Shown here piece by piece: positions 19,065 through 28,902 of a DNA stretch of 64,000 bases. A model generated the notes under the pieces. It saw only the letters and a list, made by a program, of their open reading frames with translations, ran no database searches and had not been told where the DNA came from. The number at the start of each line of letters is the position of its first letter. Within the stretch, counting starts at the first letter, position 1. Location: positions 1,600,001-1,664,000 of the forward strand of contig OZ251997.1 of NCBI GenBank assembly GCA_965247095.1, given 5' to 3'. This stretch comes from Candidatus Multivorans sp. (GTDB taxonomy: Bacteria; Acidobacteriota; Thermoanaerobaculia; Multivoradales; Multivoraceae). The position numbers and the translations under genes were made by a program.

Positions 19065-20966
19065 TCACCGGCCGTTGATCAGCCGCCGTAGCGCGTCGAT
19101 TTCGTCCTGCCCGGAGCGGTCCTTTGCCTCTCCCTTCAAATACGCCTCGGGGTCCCTCAGTGCATTCGCGAGGCCACGGGCATCTCCTTCGTCGTCGTAT
19201 CGCTCGATCTGGTACTGGATTTCAGCCTCGATCGCTGACAGCTCGAACTCGTCGACTCTCTTCTTCAACTCCCTGGTGCGTGCCACCCGCTCGTTGATTT
19301 CATCTTCCAGTGCAACCCGAGTCTGTGCGTTCGACGCTGCCATCAGCGTTGACGTGAGAGACAGCTCCTCTGCGCGATAGGTAGCCATCTGACCCAGCAA
19401 ACCGGCAACCTCGCGCCGGAGCGAGGCGGCCTGACCTCGCATTCCCGCTACGGCAGAATTCACATGCATTCGACCGTGCGGACCACCGTTCCGACCCCAG
19501 ATCCCGCGCGCCCCCCAGCTATGGTCCCGAAGCGAAGCCAGCATCAGGTCACGAAATTGCCGGGCGTTCTCATCGAAGGCCTGCTTGCGCCCGTCGATTC
19601 TCCAGTCGTATTCGAGGCCGTCGGGCCCCTGGGTGATCTCCAGCACGTGAGTCCGGCGGCCCGCGGATTCCAGAGCGACGGAACCGCCGGGACCTATCGC
19701 CCGAACCTCCAGGGCATCGCGGCTCATCACCACGTCGCCTCTGACGCCTATGCACAGGACCCCGTCTTGCTTGGAGCGCCAGGGCCATTTCTTGTCAGCG
19801 GTCACCATGCCTTGCTTGGAGCTCCAGCGCCATTTCTTATCAGCGGTTACGAAACTACAGTCCCACCCACCGAAGTCCTGGGCGGTCAAAGCCCGACCGC
19901 TCGCCGGCGCGGTCTTGACCGGAACCGGGTTCGCACAAGATGCAGTCATCCCGGCCGCACCCAGCGCTGTCAAGACGACTCCGGTGACCAGCCTGCGACG
20001 GCGTGGTCGATCGAACTTGACAATGGCTCCGATTCTCCTCTCCAGCGGAGGCGCGTTGACTATCGGCAGCGCCATGATGGCCCGACCTTGGCCTCCGTTC
20101 TGCGCCAGGGAAAGAAGGTGCCTTGCGTACTCGGACGGCCGCGTGCCGGCCGACAGCACCTCTTCGTCGCAGGCGTCCTCGCGGCTCTCGACCGCCAGAC
20201 GCGACGCCACCCAACTCAGCGGGTGGAACCAGTAGAGGGCGAACACGACACGGCCCAGAAGCTGGCGTAGCGCGTCCCGCCTGCGTACGTGGACCAGCTC
20301 ATGGGTGAAGACGATGGCGCGCCGCGCTGCGGACCAGCCCGACGCCGAAGCCGGGAGCAGGATGACGGGGTTCCATAAGCCGCCGGTCATCGGCGTGACG
20401 ACTTCCTCGCCAAGAAGGAGCCGCACGTTTACACGAAAGCCCAACTCACTCTGGATGCCTTCAGACTGCCGGAGCCAGCCCGGGTCGTCCACGGGTTGCG
20501 CGGAGCGAGCGAGCTTCTGGAACCGGAGGAGCCCGACGCCAACGGAGACGAGGGCAGCCCCGCAACCGAGAGCCCAAACCAGAAGCGGCAGGGAAATCGG
20601 ACGCCGGGGCGGTGGCGCCCCAGTGGTCGTCGGAGCGGCACGACCGTCATTGGCCGAAGTCGCGGAGGACTCATCCGCCCTGGCATGGTCGGCCGGCCCC
20701 GTATCCACCAGAGCTTCGGCGAGCGATTCCTCTCCCGCCCGCCCGGGAGATGGCAGCAACGGCACATCCCAGGAGAGCCCGGTGAGGGTCAGGACCGGCA
20801 GCGCGAGCAGAAGCGCGAACGTCAGCGTCCACAGGTGATGGCGCGTCGTCGCGGACCCCTTTCGGATGAGCCATGCGAGGGCCAGCGCGATGCAGAACAC
20901 GATGGTCGCCCGGCCAGCCAGCCCCAGCAGGCTCGACAGTTCAGACACGGGTAAGAGATCGGTCAC
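19065..20966 (-). CDS. M56 family (BlaR1-like) metallopeptidase / signal transducer
   Basis: 'PMTGGLWNPVILLP', HELVH, 'YWFHPLSW' and 'REDACDEEVL'; C-terminal coiled coil. Confidence 0.9.
   Translation of the reverse strand: MTDLLPVSELSSLLGLAGRATIVFCIALALAWLIRKGSATTRHHLWTLTFALLLALPVLTLTGLSWDVPLLPSPGRAGEESLAEALVDTGPADHARADESSATSANDGRAAPTTTGAPPPRRPISLPLLVWALGCGAALVSVGVGLLRFQKLARSAQPVDDPGWLRQSEGIQSELGFRVNVRLLLGEEVVTPMTGGLWNPVILLPASASGWSAARRAIVFTHELVHVRRRDALRQLLGRVVFALYWFHPLSWVASRLAVESREDACDEEVLSAGTRPSEYARHLLSLAQNGGQGRAIMALPIVNAPPLERRIGAIVKFDRPRRRRLVTGVVLTALGAAGMTASCANPVPVKTAPASGRALTAQDFGGWDCSFVTADKKWRWSSKQGMVTADKKWPWRSKQDGVLCIGVRGDVVMSRDALEVRAIGPGGSVALESAGRRTHVLEITQGPDGLEYDWRIDGRKQAFDENARQFRDLMLASLRDHSWGARGIWGRNGGPHGRMHVNSAVAGMRGQAASLRREVAGLLGQMATYRAEELSLTSTLMAASNAQTRVALEDEINERVARTRELKKRVDEFELSAIEAEIQYQIERYDDEGDARGLANALRDPEAYLKGEAKDRSGQDEIDALRRLINGR
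19766..19850. repeat. 45-nt tandem duplication inside the M56 gene
   Basis: Encodes VTADKKWRWSSKQ and VTADKKWPWRSKQ. Confidence 0.85.
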
Positions 20967-21346
20967 CGCCCCTCCCTTGACGCCCGGTCGATGAGCGCCT
21001 CTATTCGTGTTCGCTCTTCCGGGCTGAGTCTTGCGTCCTCCAGTTCCAGCAGCGTGGCTACCGCACCCTCCACCGAGCCGCCGAAGAACGTCCTCACGAC
21101 GTGCCGCATGGCCGAGCGCCGCGCGCGTGAAGCCGGGACCGTGGACGAGTACAGATAGCTGGCTCCGTCCTGGTCACTCGCCAGGTGCCCCTTGTTCACG
21201 AGGATTCGAAGCACCGAGCGGACCGCCGAGTACGTGGGCGGCTCGGCCATGCGGTCGCGGATCTGCGCCCCCGTAGCGGCTCCGGCCTCATGGACGATGT
21301 CCATGACCTCGCGCTCTCGCCTGCTGAGTTGGGGCAGTTCGTTCAC
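20963..21346 (-). CDS. BlaI/MecI/CopY family transcriptional regulator
   Basis: 'LSRREREVMDIV', 'TYSAVRSVLRILVNKG' and 'VVRTFFGGS'; stop overlaps the M56 start. Confidence 0.93.
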   Translation of the reverse strand: MNELPQLSRREREVMDIVHEAGAATGAQIRDRMAEPPTYSAVRSVLRILVNKGHLASDQDGASYLYSSTVPASRARRSAMRHVVRTFFGGSVEGAVATLLELEDARLSPEERTRIEALIDRASREGR

Positions 21347-21544
21347 GATCACCTCGCCTGTCCGATTCGCGGTTCGGAGTCTCCATCTCGACGCCCTGAA
21401 GACACCATAGCCGATAGGTGCTGAAAATCCAACACTCCACCTGGATGTCGCGGCGATCCGCTTTCGTCCGGTTCTCACCGCAAGAGGAACCCGGCCCCAG
21501 CCCCGGAATGAGAGAATCGCAGCCATGCCGAACCGGAGGATCGG

Positions 21545-22141
21545 ATGAGCTGGACCGACGACGTCAAGGAGATCGAACGGCAGCGCCGCATGGCCGAGGA
21601 GATGGGCGGCGCCGACAGCGTCGCCTTTCAGCACGGCCGCGGCAAACTGACGGTGCGCGAGCGCATCGATCTGCTCGCGGATCCGGACAGTTTCCACGAG
21701 ATCGGCGCGCTGGCCGGCACGGCGACCTGGGAAGACGGTTCGGTTGCGGCGCTCAACCTGACCCAGACGCCCTACATCTGCTTCGTCGTGCGTCAGCTCT
21801 ACGGCGTCGCCGGCGGACTCCACTGGCGCGGCCAGGGCCTCTACCGCCGCTACGCCTGGCCCTCGGCGCACGGCGGCTCGATGCACATCCGGGGCGGAAC
21901 CGCGATCGCCTACAAGCGCGAGATCGAGGCAGCCGACGATCCGGAGGCCAAGCGCGCCGAGATCGAAGCCCGTCTGCACGCCATCTCCTCGCCCTTCCGC
22001 AATGCCCACGCCTTCGGCGTCGAGGAGATCATCGATCCCCGCGACACGCGGCCCCTGCTGGTGGACTTCATGCGCGACGCGCGCCGGGTGGTGGCGGCGG
22101 AGCTTCTCGGGCCGGCGAAGGGACCCAGCTACCGGCCGTAG
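21545..22141 (+). pseudogene. Acyl-CoA carboxylase carboxyltransferase with a large in-frame internal deletion
   Basis: N-terminus 'MGGADSVAFQHGRGKLTVRERIDLLADPDSFHEIG' joins almost directly to C-terminus 'GVEEIIDPRDTR'; 198 aa versus roughly 500 aa for the family. Confidence 0.8.
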
Positions 22142-22178
22142 GTGAGTTGTAGCTGTCGCTAGCCCAATGGCCTCCTGA

Positions 22179-22583
22179 TCACGAGCGCCACAGCCGCAGG
22201 GGCACATGCGCGGCCGCGTGAAGGAAATCCCGGTCCGTACTCAGCAGAACCAGTCCGTGTCGAATCGCGAGCTGAGCAAGGAGTGCATCGATCGTCCCAA
22301 GCTGAACACCGCTACGCCGGCAGCGGTTGCGCACCTCGGCTGCCTCGATGTGGTCGTCGCAATCCGGCGTGATCGTTGGCAGCGCCGAGAAACGATGCAG
22401 GATCGCGTCGCGCCGACGAGGGCCACGAAACCCCTGCAGCAGTTCCTGCAGGACGAGCCCCGTGGTGAATATCGACTCTCTCGCGAAGAGCGCCTCGCGG
22501 AGACGCGCAACCTCCCGTTCGGCTCGTGGTTCACCTCGACGAAGCGCCAGGGACCAGACGCTGGTGTCGACCAGGAAGTTCAT
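22179..22583 (-). CDS. VapC/PIN toxin
   Basis: 'FLVDTSVWSLALRR', 'LQELLQG' and 'TIDALLAQLA...LLSTDRDF'. Confidence 0.92.
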   Translation of the reverse strand: MNFLVDTSVWSLALRRGEPRAEREVARLREALFARESIFTTGLVLQELLQGFRGPRRRDAILHRFSALPTITPDCDDHIEAAEVRNRCRRSGVQLGTIDALLAQLAIRHGLVLLSTDRDFLHAAAHVPLRLWRS

Positions 22584-22600
22584 GCGCCGGCTGGCTGCGC

Positions 22601-22828
22601 TCAGCCTTCCTTGACCCCAGGCCGGCTTGGCTCTCTCGACCGCTCCTTCTTGTAGTCGTAGCTCTCGTCCCACTCCAGGGTTCCGAACAGATCGAGGATC
22701 TCGGCCTGTTCCCTCCGGGCGAGGAACTCCCTGAGGGCAAGAGTGACGGCCGCTGTCTTGGTCTTTTCACCACTGACTTCGACGGCTCTCTCCAGGAGCT
22801 CGGGATCGATCGCGAGGTTTGTCGCCAT
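22601..22828 (-). CDS. VapB antitoxin
   Basis: 'MATNLAIDPELLERA...TKTAAVTLALREF...WDESYDYKKER'. Confidence 0.9.
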   Translation of the reverse strand: MATNLAIDPELLERAVEVSGEKTKTAAVTLALREFLARREQAEILDLFGTLEWDESYDYKKERSREPSRPGVKEG

Positions 22829-22914
22829 GTGCAGAGCTTCGCACAGAGAGCCGCACAAGACAAGGCCGTAAGAGGCCAGCGCGCGACACTCCTTCCCGTC
22901 TCAGTCTCCAGGCC

Positions 22915-23610
22915 GCGACGCCGGCGGCCTGAAGACGCTCCATCAGGCGCTCGGCCTGCTGGGTGCACGTCCACCGGGCGATCGCGTCGTTGAGCTTCTC
23001 CGCGTTGGCGATGCGGTCGCGGTGGCGGTCGAAGAGCGGGTCTTCCAAGGCATCCTCGCCTGAGATCGCCACCAGCCGCCGCCAACTCTCGTCGGAATCG
23101 ACCGCCAGGGCAATCCAGCGGTCGTCCCCCGCACACGGGTAGACACCGTGTGGCGCATGGTCGAGGTCGCCGTTGCCCGGGGGCGTCTGGTCGCCGCCGA
23201 GAGCCGCGTCGAGCAGCACTTCTCCGAGGTAGCCCACAGCCGCCTCGACCATGCTGCCGTCGATCGCCTGTCCCTCGCCGGTGCGACGGCTGTGAAACAG
23301 AGCGACGAGGGTCGTCGCCGCCATCTGCATGCCGGTAATCGCGTCCGCCTGGTAGAAGCCCATGACCATCGGGTCGCCGTCGGGATACCGGTGAAGCCAG
23401 TCCCAGCCGGCAAGCGCCTCGATCGAGGTCCCGTTCGCCTTGTAGTCGCTCAGCGGCCCGGTCTTGCCGAAGCCGGACCACGCCGTCATCACGAGGCCTG
23501 GATTCCGCTTCGACAGTTCGGGCCACTCGAGCCCGAACCGCTCCATGACCCGCGGCGTGTAGTTCTCCATCACCACGTCGGCGGCGTCAGCCAGCCGCCG
23601 GGTAGCATCG
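22915..23610 (-). pseudogene. Internal fragment of a CaiB/BaiF (class III) CoA-transferase
   Basis: 'ADVVMENYTPRVMERFGL', 'SGFGKTGP' and 'PHGVYPCAGDDRWIALAV'; both termini are absent. Confidence 0.8.
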
Positions 23611-23641
23611 CCCGCCACCACAACGGGAGGGAGCCGGTCCA

Positions 23642-24616
23642 ATGGCAACAGATGGCAGCAGCGCAACGGTCAGCCTGACGGACGGGCCGGTCGTCCTCGG
23701 AAGCGGCATCGCGGGCGAGGTGCTCCGCATCCCCACCGCGGATCCGGCGAGTTTCCACCAGGCGATTTCCGAGCCCGCCGCGATGCCGGCCACGGAGATT
23801 CTCGGGAGCCTGTTCCTGCCGCCGGGACGGGGTCCGTGGCCCGTCGTGATCATCGTGCCCGGAAGTCTCGGCGTGGCGCCCTCGCACGTCGCCAAAGCGG
23901 ACTACCTGACGGACGCCGGGATCGCGTGCTGCGTGATCGACCCTTTCGGCACGCGCGGCGTGACCTCGACCGTTTCCAACCAGGCACAGTACTCCTTCGC
24001 GGCAAGTGCCTGGGACGTGCTCGCGACCGCCGCGGTACTGGTCCACCGCGAGGACATCGACGCCGCGCGCGTCGGCGCCCAGGGTCACAGCCGCGGCGGC
24101 TCGGCGGTGCTGTCCGCGGCCTGCATGGCGCCGCTGGTCGGTCCGGAGCGAGCGCCCGCGCTCGCCGCCGTCTATGCCGCGTACCCGTGGTCCGGCATGC
24201 AGTTCGAGCAGCCCGACGTCGGCCACACGGTCGTGCGCTCCGTGATCGGCGACCTGGACGAGTGGTGCCTGCCGCTCCAGGTCCAGGCCCACATGCACGC
24301 GACGACGCTCTGCGGATGCGACGCCAGCTTCCGGCTCTTCACAAACACGCACCACAGCTTCGACCGCGACACGCCCGTGGAGTTCATCGCCGACGCATCC
24401 GTCGCCCCGGGCGCACCGACGATCTACATCCGCGACGACGGCGCGCTTGTCCATCCACTCAGTGGGGAGGCGGATCCAGACCTCACCGAACGCGACGCGA
24501 TGATCTACCTCGTCAAGTCGCCCTACGGGCGCAAAGGCGCGCGGATCGGCACCGCGGACGACCAGGCGCGGAAGTTCCACGCGGACATGATGGAGTTCTG
24601 GACCGGCGCGCTATAG
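23642..24616 (+). CDS. Dienelactone-hydrolase-like alpha/beta hydrolase
   Basis: Nucleophile elbow GHSRGG, 'IGDLDEWC' and 'HHSFD'. Confidence 0.8.
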   Translation: MATDGSSATVSLTDGPVVLGSGIAGEVLRIPTADPASFHQAISEPAAMPATEILGSLFLPPGRGPWPVVIIVPGSLGVAPSHVAKADYLTDAGIACCVIDPFGTRGVTSTVSNQAQYSFAASAWDVLATAAVLVHREDIDAARVGAQGHSRGGSAVLSAACMAPLVGPERAPALAAVYAAYPWSGMQFEQPDVGHTVVRSVIGDLDEWCLPLQVQAHMHATTLCGCDASFRLFTNTHHSFDRDTPVEFIADASVAPGAPTIYIRDDGALVHPLSGEADPDLTERDAMIYLVKSPYGRKGARIGTADDQARKFHADMMEFWTGAL

Positions 24617-24629
24617 CTCAACTCCGTCT

Positions 24630-24965
24630 TCAGGATGCCTGCTCAGCATCGCCCACGTCGGAGAAGTTGGTGATCGCGACGTCCCCCTCCGGGAACTCGG
24701 CGACGATCTTCAACTTCCCTCCCACGGCCTCAATGTAGGACCGCAGGCTGGACACATACGCGTCGGCCCGCTGCTCCAGCTTGGAGACGGCAGGCTGGTT
24801 CACTTTCAGCAGCTCGGCCAGGTCCCTCTGAGTGAGCGCGCGAGCCCGGCGAAGCTCGTGCAACGGCATCTCTGCCAGCAGTTCCTTCTTCATGTCGTCG
24901 ATTCGCCGTCGACGTTTCGGCGTGAGGTCCTTGGTCAGCTCGCTGAACGGATGGCGTCCACTCAT
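24630..24965 (-). CDS. XRE/HigA-type HTH antitoxin
   Basis: 'LHELRRARALTQRDLAELLKVNQPAVSKLEQR...YIEAVGG'. Confidence 0.92.
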   Translation of the reverse strand: MSGRHPFSELTKDLTPKRRRRIDDMKKELLAEMPLHELRRARALTQRDLAELLKVNQPAVSKLEQRADAYVSSLRSYIEAVGGKLKIVAEFPEGDVAITNFSDVGDAEQAS

Positions 24966-24971
24966 TTGATC

Positions 24972-25325
24972 TCACCCCTCCTTTCGCAGTTCGTCCAGAT
25001 GCTCATCGTAGAGATCGTCGGCCACTGGCACATACTCCTCGTAGAACCGGTCGTTGCCCGTCTTGTCTCCGCCGATCAGCAGGATCGACGTTCGTCTGGG
25101 GTCGAAGGCGTAGAAGACCCGCAGGGGCCTGCCAGCGCTCTGAGCCCGAAGTTCTCGCATGACCCCATGGCGTGAGCTCCGGACGTTCGAGGAGTAGGGG
25201 TACGGCAAGTTGGGGCCATGCTCCATCATCAGTTCCGCAGTGGCGGCGACCGCGTTCTGTTGCCCCTCCGAGAGCGTGCGCTACCACAGGCCGAACTCGT
25301 CTGTGTACTCGACCGCCCAAGGCAT
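24972..25325 (-). pseudogene. HigB/RelE (Gp49-like) toxin with an internal amber stop
   Basis: MPWAVEYTDEFGLW*RTLSEG...GPNLPYPYSS...MRELR...YAFDPRR..ILLIGGDKTG; in-frame TAG at 25281-25283. Confidence 0.85.
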
Positions 25326-25682
25326 GGCCTAGTGTATTCCTGTTACGGAATGTCGCGCAAGGGGCGAGGGGACGGCCTGACAACCGTGTCACCGACGTCC
25401 GGGCCCTCCTCGCCCGCCTAGTTGCGTAGGCCAGGCACGGACACTGCCTGCGCTGGCGGCGCAGAACGTGCCGCCGCTACACCCAGCCGGCCGCATCGGC
25501 CTGCCGCGCTCGCCGCCAATCGTCGAAATCAAGGGTGTTGCGAAGAAAGAGCGCCAATCACCTCGGGGCTCTGCCCGGTCACTCGCCGGAGCAGCCCGCC
25601 GGAGCCGGCGCATTGTCGGAATGACCAGCGCGTGGCAGCGTAAGCATCCTCGCGTCGCTGCTCGCCGCGCTCTCAAATCCTC

Positions 25683-27818
25683 ATGTCGAATCTGGTCGCA
25701 CTTGTCCTCCTGCTAGCGCCGGTGCCGGTTGACGCAGCCGGGCAGCAGGCGGGTCGGGTTCGAGTCGAAGTGCGGGCCGGCGGCGAGGCGGTCGCCGGAG
25801 CGATCGTCGTCGTCGCCGAAACCACGCAGGTGACCGACGCGGCGGGAATCGCGCTCGTACCCGCCCCGGCCGGCACCGTGGAGGTCACAGTCGAGCACGA
25901 AGGATTCGCGCCGGCCATCGTGACCGTATCGCTGACCGCCGGCGAAGAGCGAGTCGTTCAGGTCGAGCTCGAGCCGGAACTGACGATCGAGGAAGAGGTG
26001 ACGGTCGTCGCCAGCACTCGCACCGGCCGCCGCATCGAGGACCAGCCGATGCGGGTCGAGGTGCTCGATCGGGAGGAGATCGAGGAGAAGATGCTCATGA
26101 CGCCCGGGGACATCGTCATGATGCTCAACGAGATGGGCGGCATGCGGGTGCAGGCCACGTCGCCGTCGCTCGGCGCTGCCAGCGTTCGCATCCAGGGCAT
26201 GCGGGGGCGTTACACACGCCTCCTCTCGGACGGGCTGCCGCTCTACGGCAGCCAGCCGGGCGGCCTCGGGTTGCTGCAGATCCCGCCGATGGACCTCGGG
26301 CAGGTGGAGGTCATCAAGGGGGTGGCTTCCGCCCTGCACGGCGCCGGCGCAATGGGCGGCGTGGTCAACCTCCTGTCGCGTCGGCCCGGCGGCGAAACGG
26401 AGCGGGAGATCCTGCTCAACCAGTCGACGCGGGGCGGCACCGACGCTGTGCTCTGGCTCTCCAGCCCGCTCTCCGACACCTGGGCGATGACCCTGGTCGG
26501 CGGCGGGCACTGGCAGAGCCTGGCCGACATCGACGGCGACGGGTGGGCGGACATGCCCCGCTACGCCCGCGGAGTCGTGCGGCCGCGCGTGTTCTGGGAC
26601 GACGGACAGGGCCGATCCCTCTTGCTCACCGCCGGCGCGACCCGCGAGAGCCGTAGCGGCGGCACGGGGCGGGGCCGCACACTCCCGGCCACGGGGTCAC
26701 CCTACCGGGAGGCCCTCGACACCCGCCGACATGACTTCGGCGCCCTGTGGCAGACGGTGACTGAGCGCTCGGTCGTGACCGCTCGTACCGCGGTCGCACG
26801 CCAGCGGCACGATCACCGGTTCGGGGCGACCCTCGAACGCGACCGCCACGAAACCGGCTTTGCCGAAGTCACTGTGCGGCGGGCGGCGGGGCGGCATACG
26901 TGGGTCGCCGGCGCCGCGGTTGAGCACGACGCGTACGAACCCACCGACGTCCCGCGGTTCGGCTACAGCTTCACCACACCCGGCGTGTTCGTCCAGGACG
27001 ACATCGACGTGAACTCCCGGCTGGCGCTGTCGGTCAGCGGACGGCTGGACCGCCACAGCGAGTACGGCTGGTTCTTCAGCCCCCGCGTCTCCGCGCTGCT
27101 GCGGTTCGGCGACTGGTCGACACGCATGTCGGCCGGGACCGGCTTCTTCGGTCCGACGCCGCTCACCGAAGAGACCGAGGCGACCGGCCTGACCAGGCTC
27201 AAGGTGGACGGCCCGCTACGGGCGGAACGGGGCCGCAGCGCTTCGATCGACGTCACCCGCACCCACGGTCCGCTCGCCTTCACCACGACTCTCTTTGTGT
27301 CGCGCATCGCGGACCCGGTGCATGTCGACCGTGAGGCGTTCGTGCTGCGCAACCTCGATCACCCCACGACCAACGTCGGCGTGGAGCTGCTGGGGACGTA
27401 CCGGCGGCCGCCCTTCGCCTTGACGGCCACCTACACCCACGTGCGCTCGCGGGAACGGGTCGGCGATGTGACGGACGACGTGCCGCAGACCCCGCGGCAC
27501 AGCCTGGGGGCCGTTGCCATGGCCGAGAACGAGGACGGCCGGATCGGCCTCGAGGTGTACTACACGGGCCGGCAGCGGCTCGAAGCCAACCCGTATCGCG
27601 ACATCAGCGAGCCCTACACCGTGGTCGGCGTCCTGATGGAGCGCCGGTTCGGGCCGGTCCGCCTCTTCCTCAATCTCGAGAACCTCACCGACGTGCGGCA
27701 GCAGCGGTGGCACTCCTCCCTGCGCCCGGACCGCGCCCCCGACGGGCGCTGGACCGTCGACGCCTGGGCGCCTCTGGATGGACGCGTGATCAACGGCGGC
27801 CTGCGGGTGCGGTTCTAG
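25683..27818 (+). CDS. TonB-dependent receptor
   Basis: Plug 'RIQGMRGRYTRLLSDGLP' and 'QVEVIKGVASALHGAGAMGGVVNL'; C-terminal 'GLRVRF'. Confidence 0.93.
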   Translation: MSNLVALVLLLAPVPVDAAGQQAGRVRVEVRAGGEAVAGAIVVVAETTQVTDAAGIALVPAPAGTVEVTVEHEGFAPAIVTVSLTAGEERVVQVELEPELTIEEEVTVVASTRTGRRIEDQPMRVEVLDREEIEEKMLMTPGDIVMMLNEMGGMRVQATSPSLGAASVRIQGMRGRYTRLLSDGLPLYGSQPGGLGLLQIPPMDLGQVEVIKGVASALHGAGAMGGVVNLLSRRPGGETEREILLNQSTRGGTDAVLWLSSPLSDTWAMTLVGGGHWQSLADIDGDGWADMPRYARGVVRPRVFWDDGQGRSLLLTAGATRESRSGGTGRGRTLPATGSPYREALDTRRHDFGALWQTVTERSVVTARTAVARQRHDHRFGATLERDRHETGFAEVTVRRAAGRHTWVAGAAVEHDAYEPTDVPRFGYSFTTPGVFVQDDIDVNSRLALSVSGRLDRHSEYGWFFSPRVSALLRFGDWSTRMSAGTGFFGPTPLTEETEATGLTRLKVDGPLRAERGRSASIDVTRTHGPLAFTTTLFVSRIADPVHVDREAFVLRNLDHPTTNVGVELLGTYRRPPFALTATYTHVRSRERVGDVTDDVPQTPRHSLGAVAMAENEDGRIGLEVYYTGRQRLEANPYRDISEPYTVVGVLMERRFGPVRLFLNLENLTDVRQQRWHSSLRPDRAPDGRWTVDAWAPLDGRVINGGLRVRF

Positions 27819-27979
27819 GTCCGAGCACCGCTTCCACGCCGAGGGGGCCGCCGCGGCAATCAGCATCGACAAGATGAGGAGGATCGATCTGGTTCGTTGC
27901 AGGAATCTCTCCGCAGAGGTCGACTCTAGCGCCCGCCGGCGTTGACCTCGACAGCCCAGTAGACAAGACTGTCTTGGGC

Positions 27980-28702
27980 ATGAAACTCACGGCCATCCTT
28001 GCTCTGTTGCTCCTCCTCGCCTTGCCGTCAGAGGCCCAGGAGCCCCCGAAGATAGGCCCTGACGACCCCGACGTCACCAACATCGCGACTGCCACGGCGC
28101 CGGAAGGTCTGGTACGACCCGTCCGCATTTCCGGTCCGAAAGCCCGCTACACCAAGGAAGCCAGGAAAGCCAAGCTCCAGGGTACTGTCGTTGTCGGCTA
28201 CACCGTGACCAAGCGTGGCAGGGTCACCGACGCCGAGGTTCTCAGGGGCCTGGAACACGGCCTTTCCAAGGTCGCCTTGCGGACAATGAAGGCCGCGAGG
28301 TACCAACCCGCAACACTGGACGGTGAGCCAGTCGCCGTCTACATGGCGGCCAGCGTCAAGTTCAGCATGCCCGAGGTCCAGATGGAAGACTGGTGGACCA
28401 AGGCCAAGGCAAGCCTCCTGGAGGACCAGTCCCCAGCGGATGCGCTCGAACAACTCCGCCTCATGGCGGAAGAGAAGAGCAAAAGGCCCAACAGCGTCGA
28501 ACTGCCCGGAGAGTACTGGTACCTCGTCGCCCTCGCCTCATACCAGGATGGACTCCACAAGCAGGCATATGAGTCCGCAGTCAGGTACCTCCTGGAACGA
28601 GGCAGCAACGCCGAGCGTCGACCTGAAGCTCAAGCACTTCTCAAGGAGCTTGAGGGCCTCGGCCTTGGGGAGGAGAGCCGGACCTCCCCCAACCGGCGGT
28701 AG
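27980..28702 (+). CDS. TonB C-terminal-domain protein with a helical C-terminal extension
   Basis: 'ARYTKEARKAKLQGTVVV...G.VTDAEVLRGL...YQPATLDGEPV'. Confidence 0.82.
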   Translation: MKLTAILALLLLLALPSEAQEPPKIGPDDPDVTNIATATAPEGLVRPVRISGPKARYTKEARKAKLQGTVVVGYTVTKRGRVTDAEVLRGLEHGLSKVALRTMKAARYQPATLDGEPVAVYMAASVKFSMPEVQMEDWWTKAKASLLEDQSPADALEQLRLMAEEKSKRPNSVELPGEYWYLVALASYQDGLHKQAYESAVRYLLERGSNAERRPEAQALLKELEGLGLGEESRTSPNRR

Positions 28703-28902
28703 CTAGCATTCAGCCAATTGCGGCGGTCAGCCGGAGGCTTCGCGGGCGACCAGAGCCCGCTTCCGCTTCACTCCCCAGCGGTAGCCGCCGAGCGAGCCGT
28801 CGTTTGCGCCCAGGACTGCCGCCCGCAGACTCCCGCCCCTGGTTGCTACCCCTGTGGAGTTGGATTCGCTCACTTGAGAGGGCGAGCCGTCGCATGTCCC
28901 GC

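Noticed and set aside
20963-22207. 414-aa BlaI ORF
   Set aside because: Only the last 127 aa are BlaI; the rest is antisense to the carboxyltransferase remnant.
25281-25283. Amber recoding (pyrrolysine or read-through) in the toxin
   Set aside because: TAG is used as a normal stop by many genes here and no pyl genes are visible; a single TGG-to-TAG change explains it.
25389-25680. Possible regulator gene or riboswitch upstream of the TonB receptor
   Set aside because: No recognisable protein motif and no cobalamin, TPP or other riboswitch consensus could be identified by eye.
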